Source: an uncultured bacterium (GTDB taxonomy: Bacteria > Auribacterota > Erginobacteria > Erginobacterales > Erginobacteraceae). From it: a DNA stretch of 64,000 nt. Below, one piece after another: positions 42,305 through 52,004 of the stretch. The DNA lies in NCBI GenBank assembly GCA_963822585.1, contig CAWGIE010000019.1:448001-512000 (forward strand). The letters are read 5' to 3'. The notes beneath the pieces are model-generated. The model was not told the DNA's origin. It searched no databases and saw only the letters and a list, made by a program, of their open reading frames with translations. How positions within the stretch are numbered: position 1 is the first letter of the stretch; every line of letters begins with the position of its first letter. The translations under genes were made by a program, and so were the position numbers.

Positions 42305-43591
42305 ATGGAAAATTATTACGTCGAATACGTAAAAGCTCTCGATACGGTTCTTCTCGCTCTTGCCGTATGTCTGAGCGTTCTTGTGGTCGGTTATGCCTTT
42401 GCCTGGCGGATCCAGTTGACCAGGCGGCGCCGCAAATTGAAAGGCATATTGGAAAACCTGCAAAAAATGGCTCTTCCGGGAAAAGAACTCAGCGCGGAGC
42501 AATGCAGTGTTTTTATGCGAAACGTGGGCCTGGCACGGGTTATGGATGTTTATAAGGGAACGACCGGGGCACTTCCCCAGGAGTTGGTTGCCGCTATCCC
42601 GGGATGCGTTCGGCTTCCGGAGGAGGCCGCCAAGATCGAGAAAACAGCGCGCGGGATCCTGAATAAATGGAAACGGATCGAGGCCCTGATCATGCTGGGG
42701 CATATAAACAGCCCCAATGCCGTGGAGATACTCAAGGAAGGCGCAGACAGTAAAGACGAAGATATAAGTTATTTTTCTATAATATCCCTGGGGCATATCA
42801 AGAACGGAAAAACAGCCGCTCTCCTGCTGGACGTGATAAAGAAGAGAAAGATCAGCGGATATAGGGTTATGGATATGTTCCGGGATTTTCCGGAAGACGC
42901 TTCAACCGAAATAATTCCGTATGTCGGCGATGAGGATCCAGCCACGCGGTTCTGGGCGGTTAAGATGTTATCGCGGCTCAAACCGGACAACCGGGAATTT
43001 ATCGAAAAAGTAGCCGGGCTGACAGCGGATGCGTTGGCCGATGTCAGGGCGGCTGCCTGTGAATTCCTGGGAGAACTGAGGGATAAGGTTCATGCGCCGT
43101 CCCTGGAAAAATGTCTGGACGATCGCGCCTGGATCGTGAGAAGCAGTGCGGTAAACGCCCTGGGAAAAATATCCGGAGAGGAATACATATCAAAAATCTT
43201 CCCTCTGCTGGGGGACAGTGTTTCGACCGTGAGAAATTCGGTCAAGGCAGCGATTTCCCCTCACCTGGAAAAGGCGCTGGACAAGATGGAGGTGTCACTT
43301 AGAACGGGAAGCGTAACCATGCAAAAAGCTTCGGTAGAGCTGCTGGAAGAATCGGGATACGATAAAAAAGTGCTCACCGATGTTCTTTCCCCGGATACCG
43401 AGATCAAAAAGAGGGCGGTAGGGCTTTTGGACGCGATGATAAAAGCGGGGGCTCATTTCGGACTGGAAAGCGTCCTGAAAGATCAGCCCGAAGGGGATCG
43501 TGATGAGATATTGAACGTAATCTCTTCCATAGATAAGGAACTGGCGGAACATATTAAATTGATAATAACCGATAAGTTAGTGGATATATAA
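42305..43591 (+). CDS. HEAT-repeat protein with N-terminal TM
   Basis: Repeats such as D..ADVRAAACEFLG and D..WIVRSSAVNALG. Confidence 0.85.
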   Translation: MENYYVEYVKALDTVLLALAVCLSVLVVGYAFAWRIQLTRRRRKLKGILENLQKMALPGKELSAEQCSVFMRNVGLARVMDVYKGTTGALPQELVAAIPGCVRLPEEAAKIEKTARGILNKWKRIEALIMLGHINSPNAVEILKEGADSKDEDISYFSIISLGHIKNGKTAALLLDVIKKRKISGYRVMDMFRDFPEDASTEIIPYVGDEDPATRFWAVKMLSRLKPDNREFIEKVAGLTADALADVRAAACEFLGELRDKVHAPSLEKCLDDRAWIVRSSAVNALGKISGEEYISKIFPLLGDSVSTVRNSVKAAISPHLEKALDKMEVSLRTGSVTMQKASVELLEESGYDKKVLTDVLSPDTEIKKRAVGLLDAMIKAGAHFGLESVLKDQPEGDRDEILNVISSIDKELAEHIKLIITDKLVDI

Positions 43592-43595
43592 TACC

Positions 43596-44996
43596 ATGAC
43601 GTTTCCAAATTTACTTTATGGGGCTTTTATCGTTTTAATCGCATATTTTTTGGTGCAGCTGCTTTATTTTGTGCTGCTGGCAATCATCGGGTTTTTCCAG
43701 CAGCACAAACGCATTTCCGAATCCGAGGCAGAGGAATACGCTCTGCTGTCCTCTTCCACTTCGGCCATACCCGTCAGCATAATATTTCCGGCAAGAAACG
43801 AAGAACTATGGATCGAGGATTCTCTTCAGTCCATATTGAACATCGACTATCCCGAATATGAGGTTATTGTCGTGAATGACGGGTCCACCGACGATACTTT
43901 CGCGATTCTTGATCGAATGCTTGATTTGAAATCGGTTGATCGGGTCTATCCCAACAGGTTCAGCCACGGACAGATCCATGAAGTATACCGATCGGAATTA
44001 CATCCCCATGTTACCGTGATCAGTGAATCGTCGGGATTCAAGAAAGCCGGGGCGGTTAACGCCGGTTTGAATTTTGCGCGTTATGATTATGTTTGTTCCA
44101 TGGATTCGGATGTCATATTGGAGCCTGATAGTTTTTTAAAAAGCATGACTTACATTGAAAAGGATCCGGACCGGGTTGTCGGTGTGAGCAGTTATTTCGG
44201 TTTGGTAAACGGTTTCAAGATCGAAAAGGGGAAGATAGTCGACAGGAGCTTCTCTTATAATCCTCTTATAGCGTATCAAAATCTCGAATACCTCCGGAAT
44301 TTCATAGGTAACCGTATTTCCTGGAGTGCTGTAAATGCCGTCCCCAATGTGAGCGGAGGATTCGGTATCTGGCGTAAGGACCTGGTGATGGACTTAGGGG
44401 GATATGAAACAGGTTTCAGCAGCGAGGACATCGAACTGACGTTCCACGCCCAGGATCTTATCGTTAAGCAGAAAAAGAATTATCAGATCCTGGCTTTGCC
44501 TTATAACATCGGCTGGACAGAAGGACCGTCAACCATACCGCGACTAATATCCCAGAGAAGAAGGTGGCAGCGGGTTATCGACGAGACGATATGGCGTTAT
44601 AAGCACATGATCCTGAATCCTAAATATAAATGGTTCGCTTTTTTGACGCTGCCTTATTACGTGGTATATGAATCACTGGGGGTATTCTTTGAAACACTGA
44701 GCATCGGCCTCCTTATCGCCGCCTGGGCGACGGGGATATTGAAGCTGAACATCTTTCTCGCTTATTTGGCGTTCATGGTCTTGTCACAAGCGGCAATATC
44801 ACTGCTTGTATTGGTAGAGTTCATGCGGGACCAGAAACTCTTCCGGCCGGGATATGCTTTCTATCTGGCTATTCTGAGCATATTCGAGATATTCCTTTAC
44901 CGGTGGATAATTCTTATCGCGAAGATCGAAGGAACAATCGGATTTTTCAGGGGTGAAGCGAAATATGAGACTTACGAGCGAAGCAAAAGGATATGA
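43596..44996 (+). CDS. Processive GT2 glycosyltransferase (PgaC/NfrB-like)
   Basis: PARNEE, NDGSTD, DSD, SEDIEL and QRRRW motifs; flanking TMs. Confidence 0.93.
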   Translation: MTFPNLLYGAFIVLIAYFLVQLLYFVLLAIIGFFQQHKRISESEAEEYALLSSSTSAIPVSIIFPARNEELWIEDSLQSILNIDYPEYEVIVVNDGSTDDTFAILDRMLDLKSVDRVYPNRFSHGQIHEVYRSELHPHVTVISESSGFKKAGAVNAGLNFARYDYVCSMDSDVILEPDSFLKSMTYIEKDPDRVVGVSSYFGLVNGFKIEKGKIVDRSFSYNPLIAYQNLEYLRNFIGNRISWSAVNAVPNVSGGFGIWRKDLVMDLGGYETGFSSEDIELTFHAQDLIVKQKKNYQILALPYNIGWTEGPSTIPRLISQRRRWQRVIDETIWRYKHMILNPKYKWFAFLTLPYYVVYESLGVFFETLSIGLLIAAWATGILKLNIFLAYLAFMVLSQAAISLLVLVEFMRDQKLFRPGYAFYLAILSIFEIFLYRWIILIAKIEGTIGFFRGEAKYETYERSKRI

Positions 44997-45041
44997 TTAA
45001 ATCGGATATATTTCCCGATTTTATAATTTAATTCATGGTTC

Positions 45042-45145
45042 TCCTTCGACTCACCTTGAGATCCGCTCTAAATCGGATCTCAAAGTTCGCTCAGGATGAA
45101 ACAAGCCCATCTTGTTGAACAAGATGGGCTTGTTTCACTCCCCGG
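45042..45145 (-). repeat. Copy of the tRNA-Asn downstream flank and 3' tip (att-like scar)
   Basis: tccttcgactcaccttga..tcgctcaggatga-hairpin-tcactccccgg parallels 51910..52012. Confidence 0.75.
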
Positions 45146-45149
45146 TCCG

Positions 45150-45590
45150 ATGGCGGAGCGAACCCTCGTCTGGGACGTATTCGACTACATCTTTAAGGCG
45201 GTCCGGCGGCGGATGGGACGGATAAAGCCGGTCCGGACCTACCGGAGCCCGATCTTCCTGGCCCGTGAGTGGGCGAAGTCGATGGAGGGAGGAAATTTCC
45301 GGTCTCAAAGAGCTTTTGCCAGGGCGATCGGGCTATCCCACGCTCGGGTTTCCCAGGTCCTGGGCTTCCTTCGGCTTTGTTCTGGAGCTCAGGAAGATCT
45401 GGAAGCCCTCGGTGATCCGCTTTATTCCCGGATGATCACCGAACGGAAGCTCCGGCCGCTCGTTAATCTGCCGAGAGCTGAGCAAAGAAAGAGAATCCGG
45501 GGGCTCTTGCGGAAATATGCTCAATTATCGTTTCGGCTGCCCGAATTGTCGAGAAAACAAACCTTGACCGGCGCGGGAACGGGTGGTTAA
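45150..45590 (+). CDS. Small HTH protein of the type often found beside recombinases/att sites
   Basis: LAREW..SQRAFARAIGLSHARVSQVL..L HTH. Confidence 0.5.
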   Translation: MAERTLVWDVFDYIFKAVRRRMGRIKPVRTYRSPIFLAREWAKSMEGGNFRSQRAFARAIGLSHARVSQVLGFLRLCSGAQEDLEALGDPLYSRMITERKLRPLVNLPRAEQRKRIRGLLRKYAQLSFRLPELSRKQTLTGAGTGG

Positions 45591-45641
45591 GCTTTTCGCT
45601 TTAACAAAAGAAGGCGTTCATGAACAATAACAATTTAAATC

Positions 45642-45809
45642 ATGCATCAGGCCCTTCGATACATTTCCCAAAATCCCCGGGGCGATCCGCCTCAAAACGA
45701 TTCCCGGTCGATTAAGCAGCCCCGGCAGCTCTTCATCCTCTGTCTGACCGAGATGTGGGAGAGGTACGGATTTTATACCATGCGTAGAAATTCCCCCGTA
45801 TCGCGATAA
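45642..45809 (+). pseudogene. Truncated POT/PTR2 peptide transporter N-terminus
   Basis: KQPRQLFILCLTEMWERYGFYTMR carries the ExxER motif, then stops after about 55 aa. Confidence 0.75.
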
Positions 45810-45983
45810 CTGAAATATGCAGTCTTTTCAAAACCAAATTGGCCCCGCCAACGCTAATTTACTGCTTCGGAATTTTCTCCCCCGAAATACTTCGGGATCC
45901 CGGTTTGTTTAATTGATATTATCGGGACCGATATCCCTCGGGATCCCGATTGGTTTAATATTATGGATCGAGACAATAGCACT

Positions 45984-46040
45984 CGTAGCGGCCCCGCCTC
46001 GGCGCGGCCACTAGTGGCGACCTGAAGGTCGCCGCTACGA
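45984..46040. repeat. GTAG-tagged REP-like palindrome pair
   Basis: cgtagcggc...ggcgacctgaaggtcgccgctacg. Confidence 0.6.
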
Positions 46041-46113
46041 GGTAGCGCCGGAGGCGCTAACTTGCTGTCTCGGAATTTCTCCGATAGTCATCGGGGTGCG
46101 CCTCTGGCGCACA

Positions 46114-46190
46114 ATAAATTCGCGTAATTCGTGTAATTCGTAGTTTTATTTCTTTTTAATTGGCGAAGATTCGCGAGATTCGCGGTTTAA
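46114..46190. repeat. 9-mer (ATTCGYGWA-like) short tandem repeats; reverse-complement copy at about 57740..57773
   Basis: ataaattcgcgtaattcgtgtaattcgtagtttt versus aaaactacgaatttcgcgaattacacgaatttat. Confidence 0.65.
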
Positions 46191-46226
46191 TTAGTTGCGA
46201 AGCTAAGTTCGAAAGAAATTGAACGA

Positions 46227-47486
46227 ATGGAAAAAGATACCGTTAATCAAACCGGGATAGCCGCCGGAAAGACATTTACAGTACCGGAGCGGGATTGGGT
46301 CTTCGGGCTGGCTTTTGCCCTTATCCTTATCAGCTGGGCATCGATCAAAATGGTCCTGCCGGCGCTGCCGAAATTGCCGAATATACTCCAGTGCACACCC
46401 GGCGGTGTGAAATTATCGGTTTCCCTTTATTTAATATTTTTTGCCTGTTCCCAACCGATATGGGGAGGGATCGTCCAAAACTCAGGCTGCCGCCGGACGC
46501 TATTTTTCAGTCTTTTCATCACCACGACTGGAACGTTAACGGTGTTGTTTTCTTTTAATCTTCCCCTGTATATCATCGGCCGGTCATTGGAGGGCCTGGG
46601 AATGGGAGCCGCTTCGACTCTGTGCCGGACGATGATTGCCGATGTATTTGACCGGAAAGAACTGGTGGGAAAGCTCGGTTTGTTGATCTCCTGCGCCGCG
46701 GCGATGCCCGCGATAGCTCCCATCTTCGGCGGCTATTTGATGCTCTGGATAAGCTGGCGGGCGATCTTCGGCTCTTTCCTGCTTTTTATCGGCGTCTTTT
46801 TTTATTTGGCCTTCCGGAAACTGCCGGAGACTCACCTCAATCCGGCCGATAAGACCGGAACTTCACTCCCCCGGCTGCTTAAAATATATCTTTCTATTCT
46901 AAAGAACTCCCGTTTCTGGGGATTCGCACTCCCCTATGCCTTTCTGACCGGCGGATTGATCGGCTATTACTCCGCGATGCCCTTCTGGTACCATTCTCAA
47001 CTGGGGATAAAAACGCATCTATTTTCCTACCTCGCTCTGCCTACCGTGGGGATGTACATTAGCGGAATTAATTGTGCCCGGTTTATGGTAAAAAAGAAGG
47101 AATTGGAAGAAGTCTTTATCCGGGGAATACTGCTGGCGGCCGCCACGACCGGTGCCGCCGGCCTCCTATCGCTCCTGAAAGTATCGGGTGCGGCAAGCAT
47201 CGCGGTGATACTGAGCGGTTACGCTTTCGCCGGTGGCATGGTCTCTCCGACTGCGAACGCCGGCGTCCTGAGTAAGTTTAAAAACGTGGCCGGTCCTGCC
47301 GCCGCCCTGGTGGCGTTGGTAGTGTTCGGTTCCGCCTCGATCACCTCGGGTATAACCATGAATTTATATATTAAAAACACATTATGGCCGGTCACGGGAT
47401 ATATCGGAATCCTGTCCTTGATCGGTCTGGCCGCCGGGTATCTCTTTGTGTGGGTCCCTTATACTGCCGGGAGATGTTTAAGATAA
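46227..47486 (+). CDS. MFS multidrug efflux transporter (Bcr/CflA-like)
   Basis: LPALP, GRSLEGLG, IAPIFGG, SWRAIF, LPET; about 12 TM. Confidence 0.88.
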   Translation: MEKDTVNQTGIAAGKTFTVPERDWVFGLAFALILISWASIKMVLPALPKLPNILQCTPGGVKLSVSLYLIFFACSQPIWGGIVQNSGCRRTLFFSLFITTTGTLTVLFSFNLPLYIIGRSLEGLGMGAASTLCRTMIADVFDRKELVGKLGLLISCAAAMPAIAPIFGGYLMLWISWRAIFGSFLLFIGVFFYLAFRKLPETHLNPADKTGTSLPRLLKIYLSILKNSRFWGFALPYAFLTGGLIGYYSAMPFWYHSQLGIKTHLFSYLALPTVGMYISGINCARFMVKKKELEEVFIRGILLAAATTGAAGLLSLLKVSGAASIAVILSGYAFAGGMVSPTANAGVLSKFKNVAGPAAALVALVVFGSASITSGITMNLYIKNTLWPVTGYIGILSLIGLAAGYLFVWVPYTAGRCLR

Positions 47487-47591
47487 TGCGCGGATGACTT
47501 TTTCCAGCCGCGGGCGAGGACCGTTCAGTTGGAATAGAAAAGGCAGCCCCTTCTGGGAGTCTCCCTCTCCCTTCTCATAGGACCCGACAGC

Positions 47592-49529
47592 CTACCGAGT
47601 CACCGGAATGTCCCCGGTGGTACCGAAGTAAACCCTGGTCATCCCTCGAACCGCCCAGAGGCCGGACGAGGGGCGGAAGACTCCGTTTTCGGCCAGGACG
47701 CTTCCGCTGAACGCAGCCGGGAGCGCGGTGTCTCCGGACGTCCCGTAATAGGACCGGGTGGTCCCCCGGATCGCCCAGAGACCGGTGGCGGGCCGGAAGA
47801 TCGCCGGGATCATCGGGAAGGGGGTGGAACCTCCGTACCAGGCATAAACCGCCGGGATCGGCCGGTCGCCGGACCGGCCGTAGTACATCCGGCTGAGGCC
47901 GCGCACCGCCCAGAGTCCGCTGGAATCTCGGAAAACGGCGATCTCCGTCCCCGGGTAGCCGTCGTAGTCCCCGGGCGACGGGAGGTCGCCGGGATTACCG
48001 TAATAAACGCGGGTGATGCCCCTGATTGCCCAGAGACCGGAAGAACCCCGGAAGACGCCGACGTCGCAGCATCCGTCCCCGTCGTAGTCGGAAGGAACCG
48101 GGAGGTCGGAAGCGGCACCGAAATAGAAGCGGGTCAGCTCCTTGACCGCCCACATCCCCGAGGAGGGGCGGTAAACGGCCACATCGGCGAACCCGTCCCC
48201 GTTATAGTCCCCGGGAGCGGGGAGATCGTAAGGCCGGCCGAAATAGGTCCGGCCCAGCCCCCTGACCGCCCAGAGGCCGCTATCCTGTCGGAAGATGGCA
48301 ATATCGGAGATCCCGTCTCCGGTGTAATCACCCGCGCCGATCACCAGATATTCCGGGGTGGGAAACGGTGTCGGGGTGGCTGATGGGGTGACGGTCGGCG
48401 ACGCCGTCGGTATGACGGTCGAGGTCGGCGTCACGGAAGAGGTCGGAGTAGTGCTCGGCGTCGGCGTTACTGACGAGGTCGGCATCACCGACGGGGTAGG
48501 CGTCACCGAGGGAGTCGGCGTCGGGGAAGGAGTTGGAGTAATGCTCGGAGTCGGCGTCATCGATGGTGTCGGCGTCACCGAGGAAGTCGGCGTCGGGGAA
48601 GGCGTCGGAGTAATGCTCGGAGTCGGCGTTACCGATGGTGTCGGCGTCACCGAGGGAGTGGGAGTAACGCTTGGTGTTGGGGTGATCGTGGGCGTGACGG
48701 ACGGTGTCACGCTTGAAGTCGGTGTTACCGAAGGTGTCGGAGTAGGGGTGGGCGGAGTGACGAAGTTGGCCACCAGTGCGCGGTCGGAGAAGGTCATAAA
48801 GAAATAGGACGCATTTGTTGACACCACCGTACCGCCCTCCGTCCAGTTTAGAAAATTCCACCCTGAGGAAGGGAGCGCAGACACCGTTGCCGGATGCCCA
48901 TACTCGGGGTTGTCTCCCAAAGCTGTGCCCCCGGAAACCGGGTTCGCCGTTGCCGTCACTTGATAATTGAAGCTCGCGTAGAGCGCGCGGTCCACGGTCG
49001 CCGTGAACGTGTAGTCGGCGTCGTAAGACACCGTTCCTACTGCGGGATCCCACCAGGCGCTGAAGTGCGTGCCGTGCAGGCACGTCCCGTGCACGGTCAC
49101 GGAGGTGCCCTCGACGAAGGTCCCTCCTCCCGAGACGGTGCCTCCCCCGTCACTGGCGTAAACCGTGATCTGGATTTCGGAGTCGGTCACCAGATCCCGG
49201 TTCGCCGCCGCCGAGGCCGCATAGTGGGTGTTCGTCGAGACGCCGCTCCCTCCCCCGGTCCGGTTTATAAAGTGGTCGCCCGGGTTGTTCCCGACGGTGA
49301 CGACGCTCTCCACGCCGTTGGTCGCCCCGTTGATGACAGACAGATTGTTCGCGGCAACGCCGGCATGGGTCGCGAATATCCTGTTGTTGTTCGGGTTGAC
49401 CGCTGCACCGGCCCGGTTCCCGTTCGTAACGATATTCGTGACAAAAGTCGGGGTGGCGTTCGCCGCCGGGCACGTCAAGGCCGACACTGCGGTAATCAGG
49501 ATGGCCGTGGTGATAGTGATTCTGCTCAT
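47592..49529 (-). CDS. Secreted protein: YVTN remnant, InlB-B-like repeats, long Pro/Thr linker, FG-GAP-like module
   Basis: [30 protein letters not shown]; (TPSVTP)n; DYxGDG repeats. Confidence 0.85.
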   Translation of the reverse strand: MSRITITTAILITAVSALTCPAANATPTFVTNIVTNGNRAGAAVNPNNNRIFATHAGVAANNLSVINGATNGVESVVTVGNNPGDHFINRTGGGSGVSTNTHYAASAAANRDLVTDSEIQITVYASDGGGTVSGGGTFVEGTSVTVHGTCLHGTHFSAWWDPAVGTVSYDADYTFTATVDRALYASFNYQVTATANPVSGGTALGDNPEYGHPATVSALPSSGWNFLNWTEGGTVVSTNASYFFMTFSDRALVANFVTPPTPTPTPSVTPTSSVTPSVTPTITPTPSVTPTPSVTPTPSVTPTPSITPTPSPTPTSSVTPTPSMTPTPSITPTPSPTPTPSVTPTPSVMPTSSVTPTPSTTPTSSVTPTSTVIPTASPTVTPSATPTPFPTPEYLVIGAGDYTGDGISDIAIFRQDSGLWAVRGLGRTYFGRPYDLPAPGDYNGDGFADVAVYRPSSGMWAVKELTRFYFGAASDLPVPSDYDGDGCCDVGVFRGSSGLWAIRGITRVYYGNPGDLPSPGDYDGYPGTEIAVFRDSSGLWAVRGLSRMYYGRSGDRPIPAVYAWYGGSTPFPMIPAIFRPATGLWAIRGTTRSYYGTSGDTALPAAFSGSVLAENGVFRPSSGLWAVRGMTRVYFGTTGDIPVTR

Positions 49530-49848
49530 TGGAAAAGTCCTCCGGGAATCGGACTCAGTTCTAACGAAGTAGGCCCCCGACCGTGATATCCCCGCTTGGA
49601 CCGAATTATTTGCGGTTCCCGCCTTCGTGGAAAGCTCCCTTGATTCTCCATAGTCTCTGGCTCGGTCGAAAGATTACCGGATCAACATTATCAGTCCCCG
49701 CTTATTGCCGTTACGCCCCCCAAAGACAAACCCGGCCCGGAAATTTCTTCCGGAACGGGTCGGAATTCCCCAATGAATACCTCGAAGGACATTCACGGAC
49801 ACCGCTTGCTCCTATTTTGGCGTCAGCATACTCCTCCAGTACCATGGG

Positions 49849-50388
49849 TCAACAGAATTTGCCGTACAATTTCTCTGGATGAATTATCCGGAAAAGAAAA
49901 TCCCAGCTGAAGAGAATCTTATCTTCTTCCAGATAGGTCACCATGGTTTCAGGCCAATGAACCCAGGGTTCATGTATAAACTTCAAGGTCTTGTCACCGA
50001 GGGAAATAGTCTCACCGTCTTTCACGGTTACAAAGCGTTCCTCGGGTATTCTCAAAAGATCGATAAGCATTCCCTTTGCTTTCGGCGTCGATACCAGTTT
50101 GGCGGCGGGGTATTTCGCAAGAACGTTCGGGATTACCCCCGAGTGGTCTTGTTCCGCGTGGTGCGAGATGATATAATTGAGTTTGGAGGTACCTTCGAGC
50201 TGCGACATGAGTTCGCCGGCCATGGGAGGATCAACCGAATCCAATAAAGCGGTCTTCTCGCCTCCTTCTACAAGATAGGCGTTATAGCTGGTGCCGTCCG
50301 GAAGGGGGACAAGAGAGTCGAATAGACGCCTGTCCCAATCCACGGATCCCATCCAATGAATGCGTTCCTTTATTTTTCTTGCTTTCAT
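49849..50388 (-). pseudogene. fprA: Truncated flavodiiron protein (FprA family)
   Basis: GTSYNAYL, HAEQDHSG, VHWPE, ILFSWD, then the frame ends at 179 aa with no flavodoxin domain. Confidence 0.8.
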
Positions 50389-50451
50389 GTCACTTCTCCT
50401 CTCTCGGCTTCCACGACTCCTGTTCCATTCCAGACTTCTCCTTTGATATCG

Positions 50452-51006
50452 CTAATCCAGATAAATCTTCTTGAGATCGCCAATAAGAGCGTGAAATCTC
50501 TCATGAGTCTCCGCACCTATCCTCTCGCTCTCTATCCTTTCAAACTCCGCAAAAAGGTTCTCCTGTTCCTCTTCCGGAATCAGCTCGTCGGCCATCACGT
50601 ACAATACATTGTTCTCTTTATCGATGTGCTGATCCAAGAGCGCCTCATAATTCCGAGCGGTATCAGCGAACTCGGACAGGGCTTCCCGGTTTCCCTTCTC
50701 ATGATTCAAGAGAGATTCGGCCATCGACCTGACATAACCTCGGCCCATCTCATGCTCGCCCAGCAACACGCCGATCGGACCGCCTTCCCTGGAAACACCC
50801 GCTTTCTCCAGTGCGGGAAACAATACATCTTCCTCTTTGGAATGATGGCATTTGTCCACAAAAACCTTGAGAAATTCGATTATCTGACCGAGGTGTTCAG
50901 GATTCGCGTTTCTTTTCGATTTTATGTCATCACAAATCTTATCCAAAATACCCAACATTATCTTGATGCCCTCATGCTCCGCTTTCAACTGCTCGGTGGC
51001 TTTCAT
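50452..51006 (-). CDS. Hemerythrin HHE domain protein
   Basis: EH..; CHHSKEEDVLFP; EHEMGR; HIDKENNVL. Confidence 0.92.
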   Translation of the reverse strand: MKATEQLKAEHEGIKIMLGILDKICDDIKSKRNANPEHLGQIIEFLKVFVDKCHHSKEEDVLFPALEKAGVSREGGPIGVLLGEHEMGRGYVRSMAESLLNHEKGNREALSEFADTARNYEALLDQHIDKENNVLYVMADELIPEEEQENLFAEFERIESERIGAETHERFHALIGDLKKIYLD

Positions 51007-51010
51007 CTTC

Positions 51011-51358
51011 TCATCTCCTTTTATCTAAATACTCCTTCAGAGCGACGGCATTGTTGAACTTCTGCTCTTTTGTCCCGTAAAGCAAGGTTACTTGCATTTC
51101 ACCGGCTTTCGCGATGACCTGATTGAGCAGTTCACTTTTATCCCTCAACTCTTGAAAGTATCTACGCTTGAACTGACTCCACTTTCCGGGATCATGCGAA
51201 AACCATCTCCTGAGTTCAGTGCTCGGGGCTATGTCTTTCAGCCACAGATCCACCCCGGCTTTTTTCTTGCTTAATCCCCTCGGCCAGAGCCTGTCAACAA
51301 GTATCCTGAAACCATCATTCTTGTTGGTATCATCATAAACCCTTTTAACTTTTATCAT
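51011..51358 (-). CDS. DUF488 (YeaO-like) protein
   Basis: [34 protein letters not shown]. Confidence 0.93.
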   Translation of the reverse strand: MIKVKRVYDDTNKNDGFRILVDRLWPRGLSKKKAGVDLWLKDIAPSTELRRWFSHDPGKWSQFKRRYFQELRDKSELLNQVIAKAGEMQVTLLYGTKEQKFNNAVALKEYLDKRR

Positions 51359-51525
51359 AATAATATCTCCTTTTCACTCAGGTCTTCTTATTAGGTCAGT
51401 GGCACCATAGTAAACGTGAATGTAGCTGCCTATGATGAGCTTAATATCTATAACACTCTTTATTCCAGCTAATTCCCTTGAAAAGAAATGGCGCAAAGCA
51501 GGGAATGCTCTGCGCCATCTGAAGG

Positions 51526-51542
51526 CTCCCTGGGCAAGATTC
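51526..51542 (-). repeat. Duplicated tRNA-Asn 3' end (T-loop to discriminator), followed by a hairpin at 51488..51518
   Basis: ctccctgggcaagattc versus ctccccgggcaagattc at 52005 (16/17). Confidence 0.8.
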
Positions 51543-51589
51543 CTTTCACTGCGTGAATTTATCCTGAGAGGCAGCGAAGGAGGGTAAAC

Positions 51590-51865
51590 TCACTTCGGGC
51601 GTGACTCGTTGATCAATTTTTCCTTTTTCCTCTTTGACCAGCCTTTGATCTGGGCCTCGCGCTTCATAGTGGAACTCCGGTCGGGAAAAGGCTCGGAATA
51701 GACCAGTTTCACCGGACAGCGATAGGCGGTGTATTTGCAACCTTTGCCTCGATTGTGGTCTTTGATTCGCTGATCGAGATTCGTCGTGATTCCGGTATAA
51801 AGCTTGCCGTCGCGACAGCGGATAACGTAGACGTGCCAGGGAGATGCGGGTTTTTGATTCATCAT
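51590..51865 (-). CDS. Small GIY-YIG nuclease (UPF0213/YhbQ-like)
   Basis: VYVIRC.DG.LYTGIT..L.QRI..HN.G.G.KYT..REAQIKGWS..KK. Confidence 0.93.
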   Translation of the reverse strand: MMNQKPASPWHVYVIRCRDGKLYTGITTNLDQRIKDHNRGKGCKYTAYRCPVKLVYSEPFPDRSSTMKREAQIKGWSKRKKEKLINESRPK

Positions 51866-51909
51866 AGATACACCATACACTTCGACCCACCTTAAATCTA
51901 ACGCACTAA

Positions 51910-51964
51910 TCCTTCGACTCGCCTTGATCCTTCGACAAGCTCAGGACCAAGGCTCGCTCAGGAT
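51910..51964. repeat. Nested CCTTCGAC..GCTCAGG palindromic element (one copy inside another)
   Basis: tccttcgactcgccttga[tccttcgacaagctcagga]ccaaggctcgctcaggat. Confidence 0.75.
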
Positions 51965-51967
51965 GAC

Positions 51968-52000
51968 AAAAGGCCCGCCTCAGAATGAGGCGGGCCTTTT
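51968..52000 (-). terminator. Terminator of tRNA-Asn
   Basis: aaaaggcccgcctca-gaa-tgaggcgggcctttt. Confidence 0.8.
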
Positions 52001-52004
52001 GTCA

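Noticed and set aside
48358..48750. 18-bp DNA tandem repeats (similar repeats at 21040-21290)
   Set aside because: They are coding Pro/Thr linkers with synonymous variation, not a separate element.
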